DNA of 63,497 bases, the filler included, from Octopus bimaculoides (Eukaryota): NCBI RefSeq assembly GCF_001194135.2. It is 8 parts of 6 records of this genome, joined end to end, with 100 filler letters (N's around TTAATTAATTAA, not from the genome) between each part and the next. Parts side by side here need not be neighbours in the genome. Positions count along the whole stretch, not along the records: positions 1 to 15,020 come from NC_068999.1; 7 more parts are not named here. The stretch is one strand, 5' to 3'. The position numbers and the translations under genes were made by a program. Numbering within the stretch: position 1 is the first letter of the stretch; the number at the start of each line of letters is the position of its first letter. The notes beneath the pieces were generated by a model that saw only the letters and a program-made list of their open reading frames with translations, did not search any database and was not told the DNA's origin. Positions 1 through 12,469 of the stretch are shown piece after piece.

Positions 1-462
1 CGTAACAATGATTTGTCTAGTTATTTGCGACATTCTTACAGAACAGATAATAAACAAGCAAATGACGCTTCGAAACACCTGTATCATTTATTTTCTTGTT
101 TCTTTTTTTTTTTTTACACCCACTACCGTTATTTAGATGTTCAATTTAGTGTTGTGTTGTTGTTGTTCTTAGTATTATTATTACTATTACTATCATCATC
201 ATCATCATTATTATTATGTATTCGTTTTTATTTCATGGAGATTTATTTGATAGTTATAGGAAGTCTATCATTTTATTTTCCATTATTTTCTTTTATTTTC
301 TGTTTTATTATTATTATTTTGTTGTTGTTGTTCCTCTTGTTACATATTAATCTAATCGGTTGTAGACGTAATTTCTGTCAATACAATTTCTTTTACTACA
401 TCTTATTTATTGAATTTATCTAACTGTTTGTTTATGTTTCTCTTTTTTTTTCTGTTCATTAG

Positions 463-546
463 GAATGCAGCAGTTTACAATCTGGTGTTGTTTGAGACTT
501 TGGTCACTCTGCTTGATCACTTTTATTACCTGGAGCACGTATATTG
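463..546 (+). other. Candidate 84-nt internal exon of an unidentified host gene
   Basis: Polypyrimidine tract plus AG (tttctctttttttttctgttcattag) ends at 462 and a strong donor attg|gtaagt starts at 547. Length is a multiple of 3. Two frames are open; the phase-1 frame reads MQQFTIWCCLRLWSLCLITFITWSTYI (hydrophobic). No homolog recognised. Confidence 0.4.
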
Positions 547-1029
547 GTAAGTATAATAAACACTATAATATCATAACATTAATATCATGTATTTCTCCTC
601 ATTCAATAAACGCAGTGGAATTTGTGCAGTCATTGTTATCAGCAGAGATGGTGTTGTTGTTGAAGGTTTGTACCGAGGCTTGTTCAATCAATGGGAATAT
701 ACTACCTTTCTTCTTTATCAGTGATCAATATTTTGATTCGTCATCTCCCGAAGGTCAATATTTTGAACTCTCACTTCTCTAAGGTCAAAATTGATCACAT
801 GCTTCGAGTGTTGTCTTGTGGTCGCGACACGTAAATTCTTTGAGATTTTACTGCGCAAAATAGCCTTAAAATTTAAAAGCAGTTTGAAGAATACAGAACG
901 ACCTCTGTTGGTTCCTATGGATTGGGTGCGTGTAACACTGAGGGAGGAGGGGTGAACGGTGTAGCTAGACCGAAACCTGGCTGAAAGGCTTAGTTTGTGT
1001 CTATAAAGGATGAAGTCCTCTAAAATATA

Positions 1030-1230
1030 CTAAAGCACCGCGAAAATACGAAAAGGCATTTTGTTCGACGCGCTAATAATTGTGATGCTTCGCTATTCTG
1101 GACTGCTATTTTAATTTATCGAAACTCAAGGACGAATTTGATCTGGGTGAAATTTAAAGTGAGATCCCAGTGAACCGGAATAAACGACGCGAGGCATTTT
1201 GTCAAGCTCTACCAATTCGCTGCTTACATC
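1030..1230 (-). mobile_element. Highly degraded SINE family B copy
   Basis: Patchy similarity to better family B copies (e.g. 45819-46020): attttaatttatcgaaactc...gaatttgatc...gcattttgtc...ctaccaattcgctgc. Confidence 0.4.
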
Positions 1231-1363
1231 ATGCTTCAGTAGATATTGAAAATTTAAATTACTTTTTCCATTTGGTATTGTACAGTACTGTTGATTTGAC
1301 ATGAACCAAAGTCTCGTCGGCCATTTAGTTTATCTGTAGCTCTATTTTACAGTAACACACACA

Positions 1364-1366
<3 letters not shown>

Positions 1367-1402
<36 letters not shown>
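1367..1402. repeat. (AT)n microsatellite
   Basis: Perfect dinucleotide run. Confidence 0.95.
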
Positions 1403-1407
<5 letters not shown>

Positions 1408-3346
1408 GTTATATTATATTATATCTATTTATTTGTCATCTTGTTTCCTTCTATCTCGTACATTTATAGCATTCCATGTAAACAAATCATTTTACTCAAA
1501 CATTATTAAAAGAAAAATAAGGTCATTAAATGGAATGAATTGCATTTCTATTTATATAGAATACAGTAAATATATTTCGTAAAAATAATTACAGTTTAAA
1601 CGGACAAACCAGCCTAGCGTCAATTGGATAAGTTAGAGGGCCATGTTTGTAAGAAGTTTCAACTGACTTGACGCCATGTGAGACAAAAAATAGTTTATTT
1701 CCCAATAATATATTTCAGTCTCGAAAAATAGAGAGCTCTAGAGATAGTACTGCGGCTAATAAGGTCATTTGATGCGAGACCTTTTATTAACGGAAAGGTC
1801 TGCATTGTTCTCTATTCATTAACATCCTTTAATAAAATACCTGAACCTACCCTCATATAAGCAGCACGAACGTATAAGTTAATTTAAAATCTATTTTGTC
1901 TTATCTGATTATTATCCAGCAGTCATTTGTCTTATTTACTCAATATATATATATATTTCTTTTTTTCTTTTCATGAGTGTATAAATATACATATTCTCTT
2001 TTTTCTTGTGTGCGCGTATGTATTCATTTTTGAATTTATCGAAAATCCTCATTCATTTAGAAATTTCTCGATATTCTTCTGATTAAATTTGCTCTTATAA
2101 ATCTTGTGATTAAGATTCTAGCATAGTCACAAGATATATTTATTTCGCAATGGAATAAGCATTCTCCGCTTCATGGAATATAGATATATTTCTCCCAACA
2201 ATTTGCACCAAAATTGCATAATTCTATAAACATTACCATTAAACACTGCAATAGACTGACTTATTCAACCGTGAATATTGCATATAACAAAGATAAAGAG
2301 AAACAAGTAACAAAAACAAAACAAAAATATAGTGTTTTTATCAGATTAATATCTGTAAGTGAAAATTGTAGTGGATCAGCACAATTGGTAGATCATCCAA
2401 CAGAATTATTAAGTTACTGTCTTTCTACGTTCCGATTTCAATTCTTGTTAAATCTAATGTTGTCTTGCATTCATCCGTGGATGGATCAGTTAAAATACCG
2501 AGAAAGTACTGAGGGTGACATTATCGATCACATCCCTCCCGCCGAAATAAGTGATCTGATGCTCATGTTCACTATTTTAAATATTGTAATCAATATTTTA
2601 AAGTGGAATATAGCGTTTTACAATGAATCACTAAGTTACATTATTCGTTATTTTATCCACTAAGTTCCATTTTCTAAGCGGCATGAATTATTTATTATAC
2701 AATCGACCACATAGACATTTCATAAGATAAAGCCTAAGCTCTATTAAAAGATATTAATATGTTCTTTGGGGCTAGAACTAACAGGGTTTTAATACCCGAC
2801 AACTATCTCCTGATTTGGGATGCTTGCCGAAACAGTTTGTCACTGTATAGACGTTCACCAAGCTACAACATTTTGGGATCGCGGTAGCAGCTAGGTACTA
2901 GGCGGAACCCAACGAAAGACGACTGTCTTTGAGGAAAGTTGGCAAGTGCTTCGACTAGAAGTGCGGCCCATATTTGTGGATGCCTTATACCCCTTTGTTC
3001 AACTGAGCATTCTAGTCAACTCGTAGATTGAAATGGTGGGCAGATTATGGCTTACCAACTACCTTGCTTCTTATCATAATCATGAGGGATTTTTCATAAA
3101 ACCAGAACGCCATATACGTCACATAAATCACAATATTCGATAGCGGGCGTCTATTTGATGGATTCTAGAAGGTTGATAGTAAACAACTGTTTTAGAAAAT
3201 ACGGTCATTGATGAAATGAATACCAGTAATGTAAGAGGATAGTCGTGACCATGTATTTATACTATTATATTTATACAAATCAATCGTGTATTCTGAATAT
3301 AAAAATATATTTAATCATGTGTGAATGAGACGATGATAAAGTTTTG

Positions 3347-3348
<2 letters not shown>

Positions 3349-3398
<50 letters not shown>
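3349..3398. repeat. (AC)n microsatellite
   Basis: Perfect dinucleotide run followed by an AT run. Confidence 0.95.
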
Positions 3399-3402
<4 letters not shown>

Positions 3403-4819
3403 GTATATATATATATAAGATGTGGACGTAAAGTGTGATGAAAGACAAAAATTCTGTCTGAAAGAAATTTTGACTGATCTTTTTTCCTCTTGTAACTCCA
3501 CATCATAAAATATTTTCTTTTTCTCTATTTCTTCCTTTTTTATCACCATCTATTTCATCTCCATAGAAATAAGATAGGGGCAGGGAGGAAGCAGTCTGAA
3601 AAAAAAAGTGAGGAATGCAGAAGGAAAACAAAGAAGAGAGAGCGTGATTGAAAAAAAAGTACAAAACTATAGAACAATAATAAGTGACGAAAGAAAAGCC
3701 GAGGAAGAAAATTATGACAAGGGAAGGAGGAAAAAATTATTTTAAAAGTAAACGAAAAGGACAAATAAGATAGAAAAATGTGAAGAAAATGAAAGTGGCA
3801 GCGGTGGTGGTGGTGGAGGCGTTGGTGGTGGTGGTGCTGGGGTGGGTGGTTAAAAATCTGTAGAAGCAAGTAAGACAAAAAAGATTTAAAAACTAGAGAA
3901 GCCATGATGCATATAAACAACAAAAACAACTGCAGGAAAATGAGCAAAAACAGACAGACACTATCAAACTATTTTATATTTCATGGAACAGAAGAAAAAG
4001 ACGTTATTTTTTTTAATATTTTTTAAATAGTTATTTTTGTGCTTTTGTTGTTGATTGCTTCGTATTAAGATGAAATTCAGTTATTTTATTCTAATGTCCA
4101 ACTACTACTACTACTGCTACTGCTGTTATTGCATCACCATTTGCTTCGTAAAACATTTAGTATTTAGATTATTTATGCAGAAGAGAATTGAAAACAAAAT
4201 CAACAAAAACAAACAAACAAAGCGAAAAGCATGTGAAGAATTAGCGAACCATTTTTAAACGTGGAATAAATCGTTAACTGTTGAATATTTCATATATTGG
4301 TATAGCTTTGAACAATTATTTCTATTCTTCCTTCTGTATTACTCTTAATAATATTATTATGAAACTGTTTTGTGGTTGGTGTAGTGTCAAAATTGCTAGA
4401 TTGCTGTGGTATTAAGTTACAATTTATTTTAAAGTATCGAAGTTCAAATCTCACCCTGATTTCTTTTCTTTTTTATTTTGTTACTATTTTTTTGTTCTCG
4501 CTTTTATATTCTTGCTCGGTCGGTAGAGTAATTGAGTTCCAGTCAAGGATTTGTAAATGCACCGAAATAGCACTCACCATTGAAAGCTTGGAACGCAAAG
4601 AGTCGCGCAAGATAAGTGTTTTCTTTCTGTCTAGCCTGGGATCAAATTCTGTTGACGGCCAGTAGCAATCATCTAGACAATGCCCTGCCATTAATCACGA
4701 AAACTTGAATCGATTGTGGTCATCTACAACAGCATTCGAACGATGGCGATCATGATAACGGCAACGGTGGGGTTGGCGATGGTACTGTGCTAATATTTGT
4801 CTCTCAGGCTTGAAGCTAA

Positions 4820-5010
4820 ATATATTAATCAGGTGGAGTATATGTAGTCGATTAAATCTATTCCGCCCCTTAGATGGCACTTCGTTTTATTGACCCCCCC
4901 TGGAGTGATGAAATGCATAATTTATACTAGTCAGATTTGAACCAAAAATGCAAAATCTGTTATAAAATATTGCAAAATATTTCTTCCTTTGCATTCTACC
5001 GCATCTGTCA
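4820..5010 (-). mobile_element. Degraded SINE family B copy
   Basis: gtagtcgattaaatc...ttttattgacccc...gatttgaacc resembles reverse-strand family B copies. Confidence 0.45.
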
Positions 5011-5824
5011 AATCCACAACCAAGTATTTAGTACTTTTGTCATACTTTGTGTGCAAGAGGAATCCAAGGCTCATGGCCAACGATATTGATGAGAATAGGT
5101 TCTTGCATTGTTGCTACTTCAGTGGTACAGTATAAAGAGGTGGGGAGTGAATGACCCTCAACAACATGTGACTGGTTCGAATATAAAGATACTTGTAGAT
5201 GCAAAATAGCCCCGAATACGCTTAGTCTATATGGTAAGGTGTTGACTAAACAGGTGGGAGATGGCAGAACATCTGAGAAAGAACTAATTGAGGGATATCT
5301 GGTCAAATGGCAAATAATAAAACGAGAAAATATGGAAGGAAGAGGCACGCAGGGACGAAGGCAAAAATAATGGAGCCCTATGAAGGAAGATTATCCCTAA
5401 TAAACTTGCTTCTCTGGACCTCCCAGAATGACCAAAATAGAAACAGTTTTGCCCCATTCCTCATCTGATCAGCACGAAGAGCTAATGTCGTGGGATGAAA
5501 TGACTAAAATATCTCATCGTCCACGAGCACAGAAGCGGTCAGTGAGTATCACCAGACGACCCAACCGACATCCTTGCGCTGGAGATGGTCCCTGCGGAAA
5601 ATGAAATTGGAAGAAAAATGCTCAAAATTAGAATGGGGCTTGATTCAAGACTTATAGGATTCATTCACCATCACTATAGGAGCCACCCGTTTAATTTATG
5701 AAATTCACAGTTCTTCGAAGGAATGGCGAATGCTTAAATAAGGATGTTGAAAAAACTGATGATGTATTCATCAAGGAGGAATTAGAGGAGTACAGCGAAA
5801 TCAGAAATGATAGACCTTTATTTT

Positions 5825-6117
5825 TTTTCCATTTGTATAAATCACTGGGCTAGAAACGCGGTGGAGTACCGCCTTGAATATTTTCATCCAGCAGATCGAC
5901 TCCAGCTGTAATTAAGTGTGATACGTATTCTATGAATCCACTAGGTACACACACATACATACGATGGACTTCCATACGCTTCCTGTGTTCCAAATTCACT
6001 CACAAGGCATTGGTTGACCCAGAGCTATATTAGAAGGGACTTGGTCAAGTTGTTGCGGGTGAACTCGGAGCCAGGTGGTAGCAACGCGAGAAATTTAACA
6101 CCACCATATCTGTGCCA
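5825..6117 (-). mobile_element. Old, internally deleted SINE family A copy
   Basis: ggagtaccgccttgaa...atcgactccag, central cacacacatacat, ccaaattcactcacaaggcattggttgaccc, and a tRNA-like head at the right end. Confidence 0.7.
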
Positions 6118-6184
6118 TATATTCTTCAATTACTCCCCAAGATTAGGGAGGTCCACGGATCCCTAGGTCAGCAGAATAGTAAGG

Positions 6185-6310
6185 AGGTAAAAAAGATTTC
6201 CTGCAGTATTTAATTGCTCTCTTTACGTTGTGAGTTTAATCCTGATGAGATCAATTCAGCACTTTGTCTTTCCAACAGATCGATAAAATAAAATACCTGT
6301 GATCAATTTA
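6185..6310 (+). mobile_element. Degraded SINE family B fragment
   Basis: ctttacgttgtgagtttaatcc...gatcgataaaataaaatacc matches the family B head and body. Confidence 0.45.
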
Positions 6311-6389
6311 ACATTCTTTTTAAATTGTCTGTACCTGATTACAATAAAATGAGGACAAGCTTTGTACATTCAATGACCTAATGTGTGTA

Positions 6390-6607
6390 CAACTTTGTGT
6401 TTTCCCTTCTACGCTTGACAACCGATGTTGGTTTGTTTACGTCCCTTTAACTTAAAGGTTCGTCAAAAAAGACACCGTTAGAGTAAGTGCCAGTCTTTGA
6501 AAACAATCTATGAAAAATGAGGTCGATTTACTCGAGTAGCATTCTTCAAGGCAGCACCCCAGCATGGCCGCAGTCCAGTGACTGCAAGAAGAATAAAGAT
6601 AAAAGAT
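6390..6607 (+). mobile_element. SINE family A, 3' half
   Basis: cgcttgacaaccgatgttgg...ggttcgtcaaaa...gaggtcgattt...gcaccccagcatggccgcagtc...ataaagataaaaga tail. Confidence 0.8.
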
Positions 6608-7439
6608 TAAAGACATATATATAATCGTAACATTCAGAGGTTAATATACTCAATAATGAAACCATCAAAATGTCTTCCTTTCATCGTTCAATTCAAAACT
6701 ATCTTTTCACAAATTTAAATCTACAATAAAGATTTGTTTATTGAAGAATGATATTACACAATTAAATATGAGATAAAAACACACCAGAAACTCAACATCA
6801 ATCATCTTTCATTCATTGAAATCGTAAGAATAACTTTGAATATATTTTATTCGTTTGATAACGTTTGTTTGTAAACACCAAGTACCGACTACTGTCATTT
6901 TAACTTTATCATGAAAACGGAAGCTTCCAGAAACACTTTATTCATATTAAATCAATAAAACGTTTAATTTTACACTACATTTCTCTAATTTTTACTCGAA
7001 ATTCCGAAAAAAAGAAATTATGCAGTTAAACGAAATTCGTGTGATTTGCACAAGAAACAACCGATTAATATTCCAAAGTTAATTCTAAGCGATACGGTAT
7101 TTTGTAAAGCTATTGAATTAACCAAGTTGTGTAGTTTTTGTAGTATGCAATTAAGCGGAATCAAAATTAGCAGTGGTGGTGGTGGTGGTGGTGGTGGTGG
7201 TAGTAGTAGTTCTATAGCCTATTATGGTAGATATTGTTGATAGTAATAATTTTGGTCGTATATTCTATTAGTCTTTTTATATTTTCTTTCTAATGTTTGT
7301 TAGCGTTTTTGCTTTCGTTTTGTTTTATTGGGGTTGCATTATCGAAAGTTAATTACGACAGAAAATTTATTTGCTTCCAACATTATATGAGATTTCATAA
7401 AGAATCTTTTTCTCAAATCACGTTTAATCTAAATCCATC

Positions 7440-7540
7440 ACACACACACACACACACACACACACAGTCTATATATATATCCACGCATATATGTATATGT
7501 ATGTAATTATCTATGCATATGTGTGTGTATCTACGCATCA

Positions 7541-7584
<44 letters not shown>

Positions 7585-7666
7585 TTATGTATGTGGATCT
7601 ATGCAAGTATATATATGTCTGTATCTATCTATGTAGGTATGTGCATGTATGCATGTCCGTATTATG

Positions 7667-7721
<55 letters not shown>

Positions 7722-7905
7722 TTATGCATATATGTGTGTGTATGTGTATCGAGAGAAAGAGGCTTACATATGTGCGTATGCATATATCTATATATAGACG
7801 CCAATATAGTGATGGCTATACATATATAAACACATATATATGCATATATATAGCTGTACCTGTAAATATATATGTGTATGTGCGTGTGTGTGTGTATCTG
7901 TGTGT
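7440..7905. repeat. Compound (CA)/(TA)/(TG) microsatellite region
   Basis: Adjacent dinucleotide runs; source of the spurious YIYI/VCVC ORFs. Confidence 0.9.
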
Positions 7906-8089
7906 CTGTGTTCTATCTTTCGACCCACATTTTCATCGCTCGTAATTGTTTTCATTGATAAAATAATATTCCACTCTTCCCGGTCTCTCAATTGTTTCCA
8001 AACCTTTTGATCTCTATACGATATTTACTGCGTCATTGACTAAATATCCTCTCTTAAAAGCAGCCTACCTTCCCGCTCTTCACCTACTT

Positions 8090-8220
8090 ATTACCATCAT
8101 CCTCATCATCATAAATTTCATCAAATATATCACCGACAACATCGTCATCATCTTAGACGTCAGTATCAATATCATTACTGTTATGGTAATATACACCACG
8201 ATTCTCAACATCATCGACTC

Positions 8221-8260
<40 letters not shown>

Positions 8261-8600
8261 TATAATAACAGGGGCGCCTTCAGCATCAGCCTGATCAGCA
8301 TCATTAGTGCGCCGCCGCCACGACCACCACCACCAACAACAACAACAGCAACAACAACATTGTTGTTTCCATCATCATCCTCACCATTCACAGCAGCAGC
8401 GTAAACATCATCTTCACACCTCTGATCATCGCCATAATCATTATCATCACCAATAACTACATGATCAACATCCTCATCAGCGTCATCATTAGCATCATCA
8501 TCGTAATGCACCATCAAGAATATTATTATCAAGAGCAGTAGCAGTAGTAACTTCCTTCTCCTCATTATCAGCAGCACCATCATCATCGTCATCATCGTCA
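8090..8600. repeat. Triplet mosaic low-complexity region (CAT/CAG/CAA/CCA)
   Basis: Mixed trinucleotide runs, including (CAG)n near 8226-8257. Confidence 0.85.
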
Positions 8601-8689
8601 AATTATTTCTTAACATTTATAACATAATTATTATTGATTTAATTATCCACACAAAAATTATATAGTCTATTCGTTATTAATAGTAGCAG

Positions 8690-8850
8690 TTCAGCCAAGG
8701 AAACAAATGGCTAGCAGCATTTAACTGCATGGCTTTAGGTTACGAGTTCAATTTCTGTTCCTGTCCACTCTGGATTTTACTTATTAGGGGTCGATCGAAT
8801 AAATTACTTACGCAGGTCGTATTGCGATAGAATCAATCTACCACATAGGG
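8690..8850 (+). mobile_element. Degraded SINE family B copy
   Basis: B-box-like gagttcaatt, then ttaggggtcgatcgaataaatt. Confidence 0.4.
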
Positions 8851-8988
8851 GCTATGACCTTGCGTCTGATATGTGTGTGTGTCTGTCTGTATGTCCGTAT
8901 ATCTCTCTGATGTGTGTGTGTGTGTGTGTGTGTGTGTCTGTCTGTCTGTATGTCTGTATATCTCTCTGATGTGTGCGTGTGTGTTTGT

Positions 8989-9354
8989 AGGCACAGGCAC
9001 GGCTGTGTGGGAAGACGTTTTCTTTCCACCCACATGGTTTTGCGTTCAGCCCCTATGCATGGCACATTGGGCAACTGTCGCCTGCTATAGTTTCGGACCG
9101 ACCAAAGATTATCATTGGGTTTGCTAGTGAGATACTGTAAAGAAACTTGTGTGCAGGTATATGTGTGTGTGTTTGTGCGTGTGTACGTGTCACCGTTTGA
9201 CAACTGGTGTTGGTATGTTATCGCTCTCGTGACTTAGCGGTTCGGCAAAGAAACTGATAGAAATAATGATACAAATGAATGAGTAATGGGGTTGAGTCGT
9301 TCCATAAAAATACTTCAAGGCCATGCCCCAGCATGGCCGCCATCAATTAACTGA

Positions 9355-9359
<5 letters not shown>
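8989..9359 (+). mobile_element. Near full-length older SINE family A (tRNA-derived; CORE-like ttgggcaa block)
   Basis: Head aggcacaggcacggctgtgtgg (A-box-like), gcgttcagccc (B-box-like), central GT repeat, tail gccccagcatggccgc...ctgaaaca. Confidence 0.85.
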
Positions 9360-9395
<36 letters not shown>

Positions 9396-9572
9396 CGTCC
9401 GTATATTCCTTAAGATTGTTTACGGAAACCGTTTAGTATATGCATAGAAAAAAACTCCTATATGTGGGCTACAACCTAATGATGCCAACTGGCAATACCA
9501 GCTTTTCGGGGTCGCACCGAGCTGTGCCGATTTAATGTAGGATAAACATATATACACATACATCAACTTGCG

Positions 9573-9576
<4 letters not shown>

Positions 9577-9628
<52 letters not shown>
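9577..9628. repeat. (AT)n microsatellite
   Basis: Perfect run. Confidence 0.95.
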
Positions 9629-9631
<3 letters not shown>

Positions 9632-12057
9632 GATGTCTATGGATGATACGGATTGTACTGTTGAAATACAAGCTATGATCGTAAGAAACATGTGATTTGT
9701 GGAAACGCACTAGTGATTCATTAAAAATATTTACAAATTCCATCCAAGGATTACTAATATTATTGTTATTATTATTGTTGTTGTCTTTACTATTATGTGT
9801 GTGTGTGTGTGTCTGTGTCTGTGTCTGTGTGTAGATAAAGGTATATATATATATATATATATCTGTACGTAGATAGACAGATTATACAGTTGATGAGGAT
9901 AATAATGTTAATAGTTATGAGAGAGAGAGAAAGAGAATCATATACATCAGTGTAGTAGATTAGACAAAGAATACGTAAACAAGTTTCAAGCTGAGAGATT
10001 TTGCCAGAGGGTAAAGTCTGAAAGATCTTCTTACTTCATAAAGAGAAACCAGCGGAACCTCCGCTGTTTTCGTTTCCTCTTCGTCACAGCTTTTTCTGTC
10101 TACTAATTACATATCACTCTAATTTACTTTAGATATAGTTTCTGTGCAATCATTATTCTTATTAACTTTATTGATTCTAGTAGTAGTAGTAATTTTATCG
10201 TATGAAAGGTTATCATATATGTGTTACTTAATTATACATTTTGCTAATTATGTTCCAGCAACATACTCAATGTTGGCGTGTACGTATTATAGCAGAGAGT
10301 TTAAGTAAATGACTAAGACATTATGCATTTTGTTAAACTCTAAAGTTTTTTGCACGCTTCCGCTTTGATAAACATACGTTTGTCTTCCTTGAGCGTGTAC
10401 ACACACACACACATATATATATGTACACACACACACAACCATAACGTACAACTAAGTATATTAAAGTATTACAAGCAATTAACATTTGGTGGTGTATTAT
10501 AGCTGCAAATGAGATACTGTGTGTTTCGTAGTCATTAATATTTACATATCAGCTGTTTAATAAATATATATANNNNNNNNNNNNNNNNNNNNNNNNNNNN
10601 NNNNNNNNNNNNNNNNNNNNNNNNNNNNNNNNNNNNNNNNNNNNNNNNNNNNNNNNNNNNNNNNNNNNNNNNNNNNNNNNNNNNNNNNNNNNNNNNNNNN
10701 NNNNNNNNNNNNNNNNNNNNNNNNNNNNNNNNNNATATATATATATATATATAATGGGACAAGAACGCAAAACATCCAGACAGGTGATACAAAAAAGGGA
10801 CAACAAAACATCCAGATAGACGACACAAACAAAACACGGGCGGGTCATTCGGAGTTTTCTATCCTCAGTCGAGTTCCAGATTATCTTTGCAATTTCGGCT
10901 GTTTATAGTCGAGATTGCTCCAATCTGGCCAGTCCCAAGGAAAAACATTCCCGTTAAGATGCACGGGTTCCTGATTCCTTCTAAGTTGATGAAAATTAAT
11001 GCGAAATTGAGAAGGATGTAGCGAACGTGACTATCGATGTTGTCACAAGTTCACTGGGTGTGAATGCGTATCAAGTAAACAATACATTGAGGGGGTGATT
11101 CAGCTCAGTAACTAGAGACAAGCTTCAAAAGCACCCGGGACTTGACATCTTAGGTTTGTAGAGGTACTTTGCTTGAAAGCGGAAGGACGGGAATGAGATA
11201 AGTGACTCTCAGCAATAGCTTCTCACCTGGGTGTAGATTGGTTTCTCTGATTTCGTTCTCTGTTTATATTATCTATTTATAATGTATTTGTACAATTTCT
11301 ATTTTGTATGGCGTACAGTCCTTCTCTTTTCGTTTTAACAATACTATGATTCCATCTACACGAGTTGTAAACATTCTTATAGTACACTGGACATCTGAAT
11401 TGGGTCTTGTGACAAATATATTATCATTAGCATCGTCGTCATTATTTTTATGATTATTATCATTCTTATCAATAATAATAATACCAAAAATGATACATTC
11501 ATAATTTTTACATCATATTTTATTAATGTTACAAAAGGAAGTTCATCCGCCAGTTGTTGACAGTATTTCATATACAGAATTGATATAGAATCCAGAGTTT
11601 AGATTGCAAGTAACAGCAATATTTCCCGCTGTTTTACCATACTCATATTTTGTCATGTATATATATATATATTTTTTTTACATGCTTTCTTTTACCAGGA
11701 TATGAATTGCGTGAGAGGAAATGAGTAAGAGATGGATAGAAATAAGGATAGAGAGACGGATAAATAGAGGAAAAGAGATAGAGAAATACTGAGAAAGAGT
11801 AAAAAGAAAGAGTTTCCTTTTAGTGTTTAGTTATTTCCATTGAGAGCCTCTGGTAATGGAAATACCAAATATATATGAAAAATGAACGCATACTGAGATG
11901 CCTCCAGATAACAGAGAAATAATCTAAACCAACTAATAATTAAGTCTCAGGTCTTCTTTGTGGCATGTGATATGTTTATTATTTTCAGGTGATATTTATT
12001 CTGCTTCATATATATGTGTATGAGTGTGTGTGAGTGTGTGTGCGTTTGTATATATAT

Positions 12058-12096
<39 letters not shown>

Positions 12097-12469
12097 NNNN
12101 NNNNNNNNNNNNNNNNNNNNNNNNNNNNNNNNNNNNNNNNNNNNNNNNNNNNNNNNNNNNNNNNNNNNNNNNNNNNNNNNNNNNNNNNNNNNNNNNNNNN
12201 NNNNNNNNNNNNNNNNNNNNNNNNNNNNNNNNNNNNNNNNNNNNNNNNNNNNNNNNNNNNNNNNNNNNNNNNNNNATATATATATATATAAGCGTATATA
12301 TATATGTATAAACACATCTACATCAATATATAAAATTATTTCTCTGGATATAGGTCTCTCTATCTCTCTTTCTCTCCCTCTCTCTCTCTCTCCTCTCTAT
12401 CTCCCTATCACCTCCCTATCTCTCTGTATGTGTGCGTGTGTGTGTGTGTGTGTGTATGCATACACACCT

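Noticed and set aside
13-423. 136-aa hydrophobic ORF
   Set aside because: Built from T-rich and (TTA/TCA/TTG)n repeats; no domain or splice support.
800-990. Possible Penelope-like 3' end (RHVNSLRFY; ctgagggag...ccgaaac)
   Set aside because: Too short and degenerate to separate from chance.
2810-2841. Hammerhead-like CTGATTTGGGATGCTTGCCGAAACAGTTTGTC
   Set aside because: The essential G8/A9 positions are TT and there is no stem I; at best a dead remnant.
5040-5810. Complex-looking non-repetitive stretch with a 102-aa minus ORF
   Set aside because: No recognisable motif in the frames I translated; probably old TE debris.
11699-11724. Acceptor and donor pair (ttttaccag|...atga|gtaaga)
   Set aside because: 26 nt and not frame-preserving; the phase-1 frame stops and there is no homology.
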